Shown here: positions 1 to 9,473 of the stretch, in pieces
How positions within the stretch are numbered: the first letter of the stretch is position 1
Layout of the letters: every line of letters starts with the position of its first letter
Source: Gammaproteobacteria bacterium
GTDB taxonomy: Bacteria > Pseudomonadota > Gammaproteobacteria > GCA-002705445 > GCA-002716945
Length of the DNA stretch: 64,000 bases
NCBI GenBank assembly: GCA_018670435.1
Contig: JABHRC010000039.1
Span: 2,964-66,963, forward strand
Reading direction: 5' to 3'
Translations under genes and position numbers: made by a program
Notes under the pieces: generated by a model
What the model was told of the DNA's origin: nothing
The model's database searches: none
What the model saw: only the letters and a program-made list of their open reading frames with translations

Positions 1-1147
1 TGAATGGAGCACCATTAGGATGGTCAGTAGTGAGAAAAACTTTCCAAGGATCTTCAGCTAGTAAAAATATTTCTAGACCTATCGCCCACTGGAGAGCATT
101 TACAAAACTTTTATCTTTATATTTGAAAGGTACAACTCCGCACCCAGCATCACATTCGATGTCCATGCACATCCACTTTTTCGGGTGAGCATGTTTATGA
201 TTTCTATGCTGAGACATACTATCACCTGACATGGTAACAGTTTGACCAAACATTATTTGTCCTACATCACATGTAAGATTATCAATTTTATTCAGATAGT
301 TTGAAATTTCTACAGCTGCTGATGAGAACCCTTTATCTCCATTATTCCCATAGCTTTGAAATTGAATATGAGTTAAATGAATTGGTAATCCATTTGCAGC
401 CTTAATAGTTTCTATTGTAGATAAAAAGTTACCAGGTATACCTAGATTACTACAGTGTACATGTAATGGGTGTGGTACCCCAAGATCATATAAAGCTCTT
501 GTAAGTTTTTGCACTATTTCACGTGGCGTAATATCATAATATTTTGATTTTTCATCAACATTGAGGGCTCTTTGGTTGAATTTAAATGCATTGATCCCCC
601 CTGGATTTACAACTTTTATGCCTATGGATTGAGTTGCTTTTAAAATAAATGCTACATAATCATTTATTGTGGATTGGCTTGATTTATTTTTAAGTAAGTT
701 TAAAAAATAATCATCATTTCCTAATAATGCATAACCACCTTTATCAATAAATGGGATATCTGCCATTTCTGCATGAGCCTGTCTTGCATTAATTGGTAAT
801 AGCGCAGGTTCAAAACAAGTCGTATAACCCATCTCAATATACTTTAATCCTGTCTTAAGAGTAGATGGAGCAATGATAGCTGACGAATCATAACTAGGAT
901 CTTTTTCATTATGAAATTCTTCTAGCATTAGTCTTGCAATATTTACTTTTCCACCACCAATATGTGTATGCAAATCTATAGCTCCAGGCATTACTATTTT
1001 ATCCATACAATTAATAACTTTATCAATTTTAGATTTAATATTTTTTTTATTAATAATTTTTCCATCTTGAATAAAAATATCTTTTTTTAAATTAAATACT
1101 TTATTATGAGGGTCGTATACATTTCCAGATTTTAGTTGTGTTATCAA
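1..1147 (-). CDS. fhcA: Formyltransferase/hydrolase complex subunit A (FhcA), an amidohydrolase homologous to formylmethanofuran dehydrogenase subunit A (FwdA). Partial: the C-terminus lies left of the window.
   Basis: The minus-strand translation gives an N-terminus VYDPHNKVFNLKKDIFIQDGKIIN...MPGAIDLHTH (amidohydrolase HxH metal site) and, near the window edge, TDHPNGAPF. Both are typical of the FwdA/FhcA family. The likely start is TTG at 1147, preceded by AGGAAG. The ORF track did not list it because it is truncated by the window edge. Confidence 0.65.
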   Translation of the reverse strand, partial: MITQLKSGNVYDPHNKVFNLKKDIFIQDGKIINKKNIKSKIDKVINCMDKIVMPGAIDLHTHIGGGKVNIARLMLEEFHNEKDPSYDSSAIIAPSTLKTGLKYIEMGYTTCFEPALLPINARQAHAEMADIPFIDKGGYALLGNDDYFLNLLKNKSSQSTINDYVAFILKATQSIGIKVVNPGGINAFKFNQRALNVDEKSKYYDITPREIVQKLTRALYDLGVPHPLHVHCSNLGIPGNFLSTIETIKAANGLPIHLTHIQFQSYGNNGDKGFSSAAVEISNYLNKIDNLTCDVGQIMFGQTVTMSGDSMSQHRNHKHAHPKKWMCMDIECDAGCGVVPFKYKDKSFVNALQWAIGLEIFLLAEDPWKVFLTTDHPNGAPF

Positions 1148-1156
1148 AATGACTTC

Positions 1157-2401
1157 CTATGCTAATTTATCTAATATATTTTGTGTAGTTGGTAATTTTA
1201 TATTTCTAATATCCTTTAATGCAACAGAGACCACATTATCTGTTCTAAACATTATTCCTTCATAGTCAATTCCTGGTATTCCAACTGGTATGAAAATATC
1301 AGGCATCGAAGTAAAAGATGTATTTGGATGTCCTAGTACTATATTTTTAACATTCTTATTCATTTTTAATTTCTCAGCATTTATAGTTGAGACATGAATT
1401 ACTACATCTATATTTTTATTGGCAAGTAAAATTTCACTATTAAAAGCGTTTCTATCATGTTTGAATGTTTCTTCGATATGTTTTATTCTAGACGGAAATC
1501 CTGTCATCCATGTTAGAGCTTGCGTAGAAGTTGCATCTGCGAGTACTCCTGATATTGGCATACATCCTGCTCTAGAAAATTTATTATGATTGACAATAAA
1601 TTTAGAAATAGAGGAGATTATTTTCTTTGGATTTTTTGTTTTTATAAAATCTGAGGTTGTCCATGTGGCAACAAGATATTTTGATTTACCGATGATTCTT
1701 TTTATTTTGGAGAGGCTATTTTTACTTAACCCTTTGACATTTTTTAAATCACTAGAAAGGGTTGCATTTAATAGATCATTTATCATGTTTAGGTCAAATT
1801 TAATATTAGTTACATTACATCTACCTTTCATGCTTTTTACTATCTTTTCAGTAAAATCTCCGATTAGGAGAATCTCTTTTTTGCTTTTTGAACACAAGCT
1901 ATTTTTCGGAGCTATGACCTTATCAAGTAATCTTGGACTTTTATCTAATATTTTATTCCCGAAAATTATAATAGTATCTGCACGGTTCTTTGTTTCAGTT
2001 AACGAAGTAGCCATGTATCCTGTTCTTTGAACTACACCTATGTTTTGATATAAAAATTTTGAGTTTACATGGTCTATTATACAGTTTCTTTGAGATGCAA
2101 AGTTTAACATTGACCTTACTCCAGATAAATCCACACCATGATTAATAATTAATGTCTCGTTATGACCTTTTATGAGATCATGTATACCTTTAAGAGCGTC
2201 TGATAGAGTAATAAATTTTGCTCCTTTTTTAGGTAGAGTTACACTCTTTTTATTTAAATTATACGAGTCAATTTTTTTAGAGCATACATTATTTTTTTCA
2301 TTAACTTTATAGCTATTATTGTCTGTTGTTACACTAATATCATCACAATGTAATGAGCAAAAGGGACATACTAAATTCTTATTATCATTTCGGCTAGTCA
2401 T
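1157..2401 (-). CDS. fhcB: FwdB/FhcB-like subunit (formylmethanofuran dehydrogenase subunit B homologue).
   Basis: The N-terminal motif CPFCSLHCDD matches the FwdB CPFCxxxCDD cysteine cluster. The length (414 aa) fits the family. It lies immediately upstream of, and overlaps, fhcA on the same strand. Confidence 0.6.
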   Translation of the reverse strand: MTSRNDNKNLVCPFCSLHCDDISVTTDNNSYKVNEKNNVCSKKIDSYNLNKKSVTLPKKGAKFITLSDALKGIHDLIKGHNETLIINHGVDLSGVRSMLNFASQRNCIIDHVNSKFLYQNIGVVQRTGYMATSLTETKNRADTIIIFGNKILDKSPRLLDKVIAPKNSLCSKSKKEILLIGDFTEKIVKSMKGRCNVTNIKFDLNMINDLLNATLSSDLKNVKGLSKNSLSKIKRIIGKSKYLVATWTTSDFIKTKNPKKIISSISKFIVNHNKFSRAGCMPISGVLADATSTQALTWMTGFPSRIKHIEETFKHDRNAFNSEILLANKNIDVVIHVSTINAEKLKMNKNVKNIVLGHPNTSFTSMPDIFIPVGIPGIDYEGIMFRTDNVVSVALKDIRNIKLPTTQNILDKLA

Positions 2402-2433
2402 ATGGATATATTCTACATTATAACCATGTCACT

Positions 2434-3462
2434 TTGTACATAAAAGGTATAAAATATGGACGTAAATATATTATATCTAATACTATGAGCATGATTAAAT
2501 CTGCCACTATGAAGAAGAACAGAAAAGAATTGAGTATTACTAGCCCATCGAGGTTGCATCTTGGCTTTTATGGTTTTGATGATAACTATGGATACAAGTA
2601 TGGAAGTATGGGACTTGCTATTAATGCATATAAAACATCCCTATCTATCAAAAAGTCAAAATCATTTGTCAGTAATGTACCAAAAAGATTTATAACTCCG
2701 ATTTTGAAATATTTAAAACTGAATAAAGTAGATAGTAATTTTGAAATCAATCTACAAAGTAATCCGCCAAGTCATATAGGCCTCGGATCCGGATCTCAAT
2801 TATCTTTATGTGTTGGGAAATCTATATTCTCGCATCTAGGAATCAAGTCGAGCATTAATGATATTGCTAATATCTATAATAGAGGCGAAAGATCTGGAAC
2901 TGGTATACGAATATTTGATAGAGGAGGGTTTGTCGTTGATGCTTGTAAAAAAAATAACACATTACCAGAGACGATGTTTAATTCTAAATTTCCTACTGAA
3001 TGGAAAATCATCCTTATTAATGACAATTCTCTCAAAGGAACATCTGGGAACAAAGAGATTAAGTTTTTTAATCAGAATATAAATTTATCAAAGCATTATA
3101 AGTCTGAATTATCTCATATAGCACTCAGAGGCATATTGCCTTCAATAATCTACAAAGATTTCAGTAATTTTTCAAAGAATATCTCGGAATTTCAAAGGAT
3201 TACCTCTTTATTTTATAAAGATAAGCAGAGCGGTGTCTTTTTGAGCCGCAATATCTCTGAGATAATGAAATACATAGGAAATTATGATAATTTGGGCATA
3301 GGACAGAGTTCTTGGGGACCAATGTCTTATATAATCGTCGAATCTAATCTACATGCTAAAGAGCTCATAAGTATTATCCAAAATAAATTTAATGTGTATA
3401 ATAACTTAACATTTAAAATTGCAAGCCCATGGAATTCGGGTTTCAAAATTAGCTATAAATAA
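2434..3462 (+). CDS. mptG: Beta-ribofuranosylaminobenzene 5'-phosphate synthase (MptG-like, GHMP-kinase fold), H4MPT biosynthesis. The true start is probably an internal Met near 2485 or 2509.
   Basis: Carries the SPSRLHLGF motif near the N-terminus, typical of beta-RFAP synthase. A Gly-rich LGSGSQLSL motif marks the GHMP loop. It is divergent from fhcB and directly upstream of mtdB. Confidence 0.6.
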   Translation: MYIKGIKYGRKYIISNTMSMIKSATMKKNRKELSITSPSRLHLGFYGFDDNYGYKYGSMGLAINAYKTSLSIKKSKSFVSNVPKRFITPILKYLKLNKVDSNFEINLQSNPPSHIGLGSGSQLSLCVGKSIFSHLGIKSSINDIANIYNRGERSGTGIRIFDRGGFVVDACKKNNTLPETMFNSKFPTEWKIILINDNSLKGTSGNKEIKFFNQNINLSKHYKSELSHIALRGILPSIIYKDFSNFSKNISEFQRITSLFYKDKQSGVFLSRNISEIMKYIGNYDNLGIGQSSWGPMSYIIVESNLHAKELISIIQNKFNVYNNLTFKIASPWNSGFKISYK

Positions 3463-3483
3463 ACAAGTAATGGAGACCTAATC

Positions 3484-4374
3484 ATGGAAAAACCTTTTTT
3501 ATTGCATATGATAACGCCTGAAAAGAATATTAGTCCTTTTGATGCAAACATGGCTTTTGACGCAGGATGGGACTCTGTAATCCCTTATACAAATATAGGG
3601 ATGGATGAAATTCAAGGAATTGTTCAGGATACAATATTTTCAAGATCTCCGTCAGCGTTAAAAAGAACGGGGATTTTTATTGGTGGTAGAGATACACATA
3701 CAGCCATGGATATGATAGAAGAAGCAAAAAAACATATGGTGCCTCCATTTGAAGTACCTGTCTTTGCAGATCCTAGCGGTGCATTTACAACTGCTGCAGG
3801 GATGGTAGCTATAACTGAAAAAGCCCTTAAAGATAAATTCTCTGAAAGTTTTACCGGTAAAAAGGTAGTGATATTAGGAGGGACAGGTCCTGTAGGGGTT
3901 GCATCAGCAGTTATTAGCGCTAAAGCCGGTAATAGCGTGTTATTGGTAGGAAGAAGTCTGGATAAAGCGGAAAGCATTGCTAAGATATGCAATGAGAAAT
4001 ATGGATCAAAATCAGTTGAGGGAGCTGTTGATTCAGACAAAGCATCTTTCTTGATTGATGCTGATATCGTCTTTAATACCGGAGCAGCTGGTATTCAGTT
4101 AATGAATGACGAGCTTATTAAGAATGCAGTTAATTTAAAGATATGTGCAGATGTGAATGCCGTGCCTCCAGCTGGAATATCAGGTATCGATGCAATGGAT
4201 AATGTTGTTGCGATGAAGAATTCAAAATCCGGTTGTTTTGGGATAGGTGCTTTAGCTATTGGTAACATTAAATACAAGTCTCAGCATGATTGTCTTAAAC
4301 TTATGTATAACTGTGATAAACCAGTATATTTGCATTTTGAACATGCATTCGAATTTGCACAAAAAAATGTCTAA
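3484..4374 (+). CDS. mtdB: NAD(P)-dependent methylene-tetrahydromethanopterin dehydrogenase.
   Basis: Aligns by eye along its full length with MtdA/MtdB. Shared motifs include FDANMAFDAGWD, FADPSGAFTTAAG, VILGGTGPVG and ADVNAVPPAGISGIDA. Confidence 0.85.
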   Translation: MEKPFLLHMITPEKNISPFDANMAFDAGWDSVIPYTNIGMDEIQGIVQDTIFSRSPSALKRTGIFIGGRDTHTAMDMIEEAKKHMVPPFEVPVFADPSGAFTTAAGMVAITEKALKDKFSESFTGKKVVILGGTGPVGVASAVISAKAGNSVLLVGRSLDKAESIAKICNEKYGSKSVEGAVDSDKASFLIDADIVFNTGAAGIQLMNDELIKNAVNLKICADVNAVPPAGISGIDAMDNVVAMKNSKSGCFGIGALAIGNIKYKSQHDCLKLMYNCDKPVYLHFEHAFEFAQKNV

Positions 4375-5435
4375 TGATTGATGCTGTTGTTGTTATAAAT
4401 TCAGACTCATCATATTTAGAAGACAAGTTTATATCATTGGGAATTAAAGTTTTTGCTTTTGATTATTATAATCATAATAATCTGGGTAAAATTAAAGATA
4501 TTGCATACCTAAAATCCTTTATAGATAAAATTTTCATAGATCATCAGAGTGTCGGTCTACTTTATGGATCTGGACTTGAAGATAAGTCTGAAGTTTATGA
4601 TTATTTAAATACTAAATTAAAAATCTTAGGAAATGACCCACATATTCTTTCTAGATGCAATGACTTAAGGCTCCTTAAAGAGGTGCTAGGTGAATGTAGT
4701 CTTGAGCTACCAAATCATACAGAAAATCCTATATCTTTAAAAAAAAGATACTTGTCAAAACCGTTTAATAGTTCGGGAGGACATAATATAACCTTCGAAA
4801 AGAATTTTAAAAAAAATTTTTATTTCCAAGAATATTTACCAGGAATAACATATTCGATATCATTCTTTAATCATGAAGGTAATTTTATTTTTTTAGGTTT
4901 CAATAAGTTATTTAATCTTATAAATTATCAACCACACCCTTTTATACATGCTGGAGGAACTATGACAGATGAGTTGAAAAATTTTGATAATATAATTTCT
5001 TCATTTAAGAAGTTATCCAATAAGCTCTCAATGAATGGTTATAACAGCATTGATTTCAAAGTAATAAATGAAAAGGTGTTTATACTTGATATTAATCCAA
5101 GAATCACATCTACTTTCAATATGTATAATGATATTTATAATAATGATCTACTTCGCCTCATGGTAAATTATGATCATTATAAAGAACATGAGCCTAGTAA
5201 TAAGATAGGTGCTTTTGTCCACATGTTTATTAAACAAAAATATATATTTAAGAATATCTTCGAGAATGATTCTTCATTTGTAAACCTCCCTGTTGAGGGG
5301 CAGCTTATTGATGAAAATGAGCCCTTATTATCAATATATGTAAATTCACTATCTAAATTAGAACTAATGACGAAATTAAAAGAAAAAATATCAATGACAA
5401 CAAATCTTTATAACTGTTATGATATAGATATCTAA
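4374..5435 (+). CDS. ATP-grasp family protein (COG2232-type) linked to H4MPT/methanofuran biosynthesis.
   Basis: C-terminal ATP-grasp signature FILDINPRITSTF. Its position between mtdB and mch matches the conserved methylotroph cluster arrangement. It is a paralogue of the 9435..10427 ORF. Confidence 0.5.
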   Translation: MIDAVVVINSDSSYLEDKFISLGIKVFAFDYYNHNNLGKIKDIAYLKSFIDKIFIDHQSVGLLYGSGLEDKSEVYDYLNTKLKILGNDPHILSRCNDLRLLKEVLGECSLELPNHTENPISLKKRYLSKPFNSSGGHNITFEKNFKKNFYFQEYLPGITYSISFFNHEGNFIFLGFNKLFNLINYQPHPFIHAGGTMTDELKNFDNIISSFKKLSNKLSMNGYNSIDFKVINEKVFILDINPRITSTFNMYNDIYNNDLLRLMVNYDHYKEHEPSNKIGAFVHMFIKQKYIFKNIFENDSSFVNLPVEGQLIDENEPLLSIYVNSLSKLELMTKLKEKISMTTNLYNCYDIDI

Positions 5436-5438
5436 ATT

Positions 5439-6407
5439 ATGACTGAAAAAATAAGTATAAATAAGGTTGTTAAGCCACTAGTTGAGAAGCTCATCGAAAC
5501 TGCAGATCAATTAAATGTTGGCGTGCATATTTCTGAAGGTGGAGCAAAGATTGTTGATGCTGGTATTAATTATTCTGGCTGCTTAGAATCAGGGCGACTA
5601 ATCACAGAGATCTGTATGGGCGGATTGGGCAGAGTATCCTTATCAATGACATCTAATGCGCCTAATTGGCCTCTATCTATTCATGTCCATAGTACTAATC
5701 CAGTATTAAGTTGTTTGGCAAGCCAATATGCTGGATGGAATCTTTCTTTTGTGAAGGAGGAGGATAATTTTAATGCGCTTGGATCAGGTCCATGCAGGGC
5801 ACTCGCATTAAAAGAGGATTTATTCAAAGATTTAGATTATTCAGATAAATTTTATTCAACAGTAGTAGTGTTGGAAGTTGATAGAAATCCTCCGCAAGAA
5901 ATTATTGATAAAATAGCCAATGATTGTGGTATCAGCGAGAAGAACTTAACAATTATACTGACACCTACAAAATCATTATCTGGATCTGTACAGGTTGTTG
6001 GAAGAGTTCTTGAGGTAGGCATGCATAAATTACATGAAATAGGATTTCCCTTAGACAAGGTTATCGATGGGTTTGGATCAGCTCCCATACCTCCACCTGC
6101 CCCTGATTTTTTAATTGGAATGGGAAGAACAAATGACGCTATATTATATGGTGGATTAGTACACCTTTTTGTTGATGTGGATGATGATGAAGCATATGAA
6201 CTTGCAAAGAGACTCCCAAGCTCAACATCATCAGATTATGGAAAGCCATTTGCAGATGTCTTCAAAGAATATAAATATGATTTTTACAAGATTGATAAAC
6301 TTCTTTTTAGTCCTGCAAAAGTCATAGTTACAACAATTAAAACAGGAAAGACTTTCACAGAAGGGTTAATCGATTTAGAGTTAGTCGATAAATCATTTAA
6401 TAAATGA
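5439..6407 (+). CDS. mch: Methenyl-tetrahydromethanopterin cyclohydrolase.
   Basis: N-terminus ...PLVEKLIETADQLNVGVHISEGGAKIVDAGIN...ITEICMGGLG closely matches Mch. Length is 322 aa. Confidence 0.9.
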   Translation: MTEKISINKVVKPLVEKLIETADQLNVGVHISEGGAKIVDAGINYSGCLESGRLITEICMGGLGRVSLSMTSNAPNWPLSIHVHSTNPVLSCLASQYAGWNLSFVKEEDNFNALGSGPCRALALKEDLFKDLDYSDKFYSTVVVLEVDRNPPQEIIDKIANDCGISEKNLTIILTPTKSLSGSVQVVGRVLEVGMHKLHEIGFPLDKVIDGFGSAPIPPPAPDFLIGMGRTNDAILYGGLVHLFVDVDDDEAYELAKRLPSSTSSDYGKPFADVFKEYKYDFYKIDKLLFSPAKVIVTTIKTGKTFTEGLIDLELVDKSFNK

Positions 6408-7315
6408 GAAAAGTTCTTATCTTAACTGATCAAAAAGGTTGGCATTATAGACAATTAAAAAAATCTTTCGAAAATAAAAATATCTCTGTCGAATCAGCTA
6501 ACCTAGATGATCTTTCGATAACGATTAATAATAATAAAAATCAAATAGTAAAAAATAATGGTGAGATTTTATCAGATATTACGGATGTTTTCGTTCGTCA
6601 TATACCTGGTGGATCACTAGAAGAAGTGATTATTAATCTTAATATACTTAAAGTTTTTGAATATCATGGCATCAATATAATGAATACGTCTACAAATATT
6701 GAAACTACGGTTGATAAATCACTTACATCTATTAAATTAAGAGAAGCAGGCATTTTAACACCAGATACTTGGGTGGTAAGAGGAAAAGATAATTGTAGAA
6801 AAATCGTTGCAAACCTGCTTTTAAAACATCCTTTAATATATAAGCCATTATTTGGTTCCCAGGGTGATAATATAGTAAAGATTGTAGAAGTATCTGATTT
6901 TAATAACATCAGGAATGATACCAATATATATTACATCCAAGAGTTTCTTGAAACTGAGCCATCTCATGATTACAGAGTGTTAATAGCAAAAAATAAGAAT
7001 AGAGAAATGATCTACGCTATGATGAGATATAGTGATTCTTATATAAACAATATATCAAAAGGAGCTAAGTGTATTCCTTTAAAAACGGATAAAGACATAA
7101 TCAAAACAGGGATTCAAGCAGCATCTGTAATTAATATCCCTTTTTGTGGTGTTGATATAATTAGATGTGATAAGAAAAATTATGTGATCGAGTTAAATAG
7201 TATACCTGCATGGAAAGGAATGCAGTCCATAGTTAAAAACAATTTATCTGACCAGATCACTGATATATTTATTGAAAACATGACGGATAAGTCACGTTTG
7301 TCTATTCAAAAATAA
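6404..7315 (+). CDS. RimK-like ATP-grasp ligase, candidate tetrahydromethanopterin:alpha-L-glutamate ligase (MptN-like).
   Basis: RimK-type ATP-grasp architecture. Overlaps the mch stop (ATGA). This is the position the RimK-like gene occupies in methylotroph H4MPT clusters. Confidence 0.55.
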   Translation: MRKVLILTDQKGWHYRQLKKSFENKNISVESANLDDLSITINNNKNQIVKNNGEILSDITDVFVRHIPGGSLEEVIINLNILKVFEYHGINIMNTSTNIETTVDKSLTSIKLREAGILTPDTWVVRGKDNCRKIVANLLLKHPLIYKPLFGSQGDNIVKIVEVSDFNNIRNDTNIYYIQEFLETEPSHDYRVLIAKNKNREMIYAMMRYSDSYINNISKGAKCIPLKTDKDIIKTGIQAASVINIPFCGVDIIRCDKKNYVIELNSIPAWKGMQSIVKNNLSDQITDIFIENMTDKSRLSIQK

Positions 7316-7320
7316 ATTCT

Positions 7321-8199
7321 ATGTCAGATAATTTTAAAAAAATAACTTTAAATAAAAATTTTGATGAATCTTTAATCAGGGATGCTTATCTATATGCATG
7401 CCATAAGGACATTGAGGCAATCAAACCGGGCAATGTAAATATTAACTCACCACATCATGACACCACGGCAAGTGATTATCTTATCAGTTCAATTAATAGT
7501 GGGTCTGAATTATTTAATGATAGTTATAGTCTTGGCGATAGAATTCTAAGTGCTATTGTTGCCACCAAAAAAGAAACTCAAATGAATACTAATCTAGGAA
7601 TAATATTGTTATGTGCGCCTATCGCACATGCTCTTTTAAATTATAAGGAAATGAGTTTAAAGGAGGCTATTGCCAAGACTATAGATAGTGCTACTGCCGA
7701 TGATACTGTAAAAATATGCGAGGCCATAAATATTGCTAATCCTGGTGGATTAGGTAATGTTTCAGATTATGATACTAAATCTATGCCGGTAGTGAAATTA
7801 AGAGAAATAATGAGTTATTCTGCTCAATATGACCGTATTTCATATCAGTATCATAATAATTATGAAGATATTCTTGATTTCATTATCCCTAGCCTTGATG
7901 AAAACATGATTAAATATAAATCTGATGATATTTCAATATCAATGACATATCTTCAAATCTTGGGCAAAATCCCTGATTCGCATATTTCACGTAAATTAGG
8001 TGAAGAAATAGCAAAAAAGACTAGTAATCATGTCAATGATTTGTTAAAAATACAAGACAAGGATTGTAGTCAGGGTTATCTGGTCAAACAGCTAAATGAT
8101 CTTGATTATGAATACAAGAAAAAAGGAATTAATCCGGGGACTACTGCAGATTTATTAGTCGCAAGTTTGATGATTCATAGGATCTTCAAAAGTGTATAA
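7321..8199 (+). CDS. Triphosphoribosyl-dephospho-CoA synthase (CitG)-like protein of H4MPT clusters.
   Basis: The size and the motif LGIILLCAPIAHA resemble the CitG family. It lies between the RimK-like gene and fae, as the CitG-like gene does in known H4MPT clusters. Confidence 0.4.
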   Translation: MSDNFKKITLNKNFDESLIRDAYLYACHKDIEAIKPGNVNINSPHHDTTASDYLISSINSGSELFNDSYSLGDRILSAIVATKKETQMNTNLGIILLCAPIAHALLNYKEMSLKEAIAKTIDSATADDTVKICEAINIANPGGLGNVSDYDTKSMPVVKLREIMSYSAQYDRISYQYHNNYEDILDFIIPSLDENMIKYKSDDISISMTYLQILGKIPDSHISRKLGEEIAKKTSNHVNDLLKIQDKDCSQGYLVKQLNDLDYEYKKKGINPGTTADLLVASLMIHRIFKSV

Positions 8200-8238
8200 T
8201 CTTAGTAAGAACCATTTAATATAAACAAGGAGATAAAA

Positions 8239-8757
8239 ATGGCAGTAATTGATAAAGTATTAGTCGGTGAAGGACTAGTTGTAACCGAAGGCGGTGACAA
8301 CGAAATAGCTCATATTGACTTAATAATGGGTCCGCGTGGTTCAGCTGTAGAAGATGCATTTTGTAACACACTTTGTAACAACAAAGATGGTTTCACTTCG
8401 CTATTAGCTGTATGTGCACCTAATCTACCAACTAAACCAGCTACAGTAATGTTTAACAAGGTTACTATTAAAGGCGCTAAACAAGCTGTTCAAATGTTTG
8501 GACCAGCTCAAAGAGCGGTAGCTATGGCTGTTACAGATTCTGTAAAAGACGGAACAATTCCAGCAGCTGAAGCAAATGATATTTTCGTTTGTGTTGGTGT
8601 TTTCATCCATTGGGATGCTAATGACGATACTAGAATTTATGACTACAACTATGAAGCTACAATGATGGCTATCAAAGGTGCGGTTTCTGGTAAACCAACA
8701 GCTGAAGATGTTGTTGCAGCAGCAGCAGATTCTGCTCACCCATACTCACCTAAGTAG
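8239..8757 (+). CDS. fae: Formaldehyde-activating enzyme.
   Basis: 172 aa. [17 protein letters not shown]...[22 protein letters not shown]...MFNKVTI...AVQMFGPAQ matches Fae almost residue for residue. A strong RBS (AAGGAG) precedes it and an intrinsic terminator follows. Confidence 0.92.
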   Translation: MAVIDKVLVGEGLVVTEGGDNEIAHIDLIMGPRGSAVEDAFCNTLCNNKDGFTSLLAVCAPNLPTKPATVMFNKVTIKGAKQAVQMFGPAQRAVAMAVTDSVKDGTIPAAEANDIFVCVGVFIHWDANDDTRIYDYNYEATMMAIKGAVSGKPTAEDVVAAAADSAHPYSPK

Positions 8758-8774
8758 TACTTAGATAAGTAAGA

Positions 8775-9473
8775 TTAACCAGCTCTATTATTAGAGCTGG
8801 TTTTTTCTTTTTGGATCATATTTTTTGTAATTCTATTCTGATGAATCATTGTAGATACTAACACGCCGCTTGCTCCAAAATATCTAGCTCTTTTTATATC
8901 AAATATAGATTTTATTCCCCCAGCTATATAATATTCATGATTATTTTTGCGTATAAACCGTCTTGCAAGTTTATAGTTAATATTATTTTTTGAACCTACC
9001 TGTGACAGATCCATAAGTATGATTTTTGATGGGTTTGCTCTTTGTTGTCTATATATCGCTTTTGATCCTATATATTTTTCCATAAAATCAAATGAACATA
9101 CACAGTTATTGAATTTATTTGATGTAAACTCATAGCCTCTAGATTTTTCACTGCAAAATACAGGATAATAATTTTTATATTTCTTTTTTAACTTTATTTC
9201 TTTTAGACCTGAGTCAATCCAAAAATCAATCTTCGGGAATAAAGATAGTATATTGTCATACAGTTCAGAATTAATTTTATTATGCATAATTGCATCCAAA
9301 TCAGCAATATATAATATTTTAGGAGAATACTTTCTAATGATCTGATCAATTATATCTCTTGGATCTGTACTATTGTATAATTTATAACTGATAGACTCAT
9401 AATTACCTCTATCACCTTTAATTGCTTTAACGACTTGGTTATCGAGAATGTCTATAACAGGGATTATGTCCAT
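8775..9473 (-). CDS. HisA/HisF-fold (beta/alpha-barrel) protein linked to H4MPT biosynthesis.
   Basis: The N-terminus MDIIPVIDILDNQVVKAIKGD resembles HisA/HisF. The C-terminal GGI.S..D motif is also present. It is convergent with fae. Confidence 0.5.
   Translation of the reverse strand: MDIIPVIDILDNQVVKAIKGDRGNYESISYKLYNSTDPRDIIDQIIRKYSPKILYIADLDAIMHNKINSELYDNILSLFPKIDFWIDSGLKEIKLKKKYKNYYPVFCSEKSRGYEFTSNKFNNCVCSFDFMEKYIGSKAIYRQQRANPSKIILMDLSQVGSKNNINYKLARRFIRKNNHEYYIAGGIKSIFDIKRARYFGASGVLVSTMIHQNRITKNMIQKEKTSSNNRAG
8779..8806. terminator. Intrinsic terminator hairpin (ccagctct-attatt-agagctgg) plus T-run, downstream of fae. Shared with the convergent HisA-like gene.
   Basis: Perfect 8-bp stem with a 6-nt loop, followed by TTTTTTCTTTTT on the plus strand. 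Confidence 0.7.

Noticed and set aside
1590-2030. A 146-aa plus-strand ORF inside fhcB, plus the many other short antisense ORFs in the track (for example 2858..3082, 3624..4040, 5852..6088, 6664..6924, 8425..8739, 20961..21170, 23365..23643, 39088..39537, 47293..47565, 47968..48252, 51271..50975).
   Set aside because: They lie entirely within, and antisense to or out of frame with, long ORFs that have clear family signatures. Their low-complexity hydrophobic translations are typical of AT-rich antisense frames. They have no RBS or motif support.
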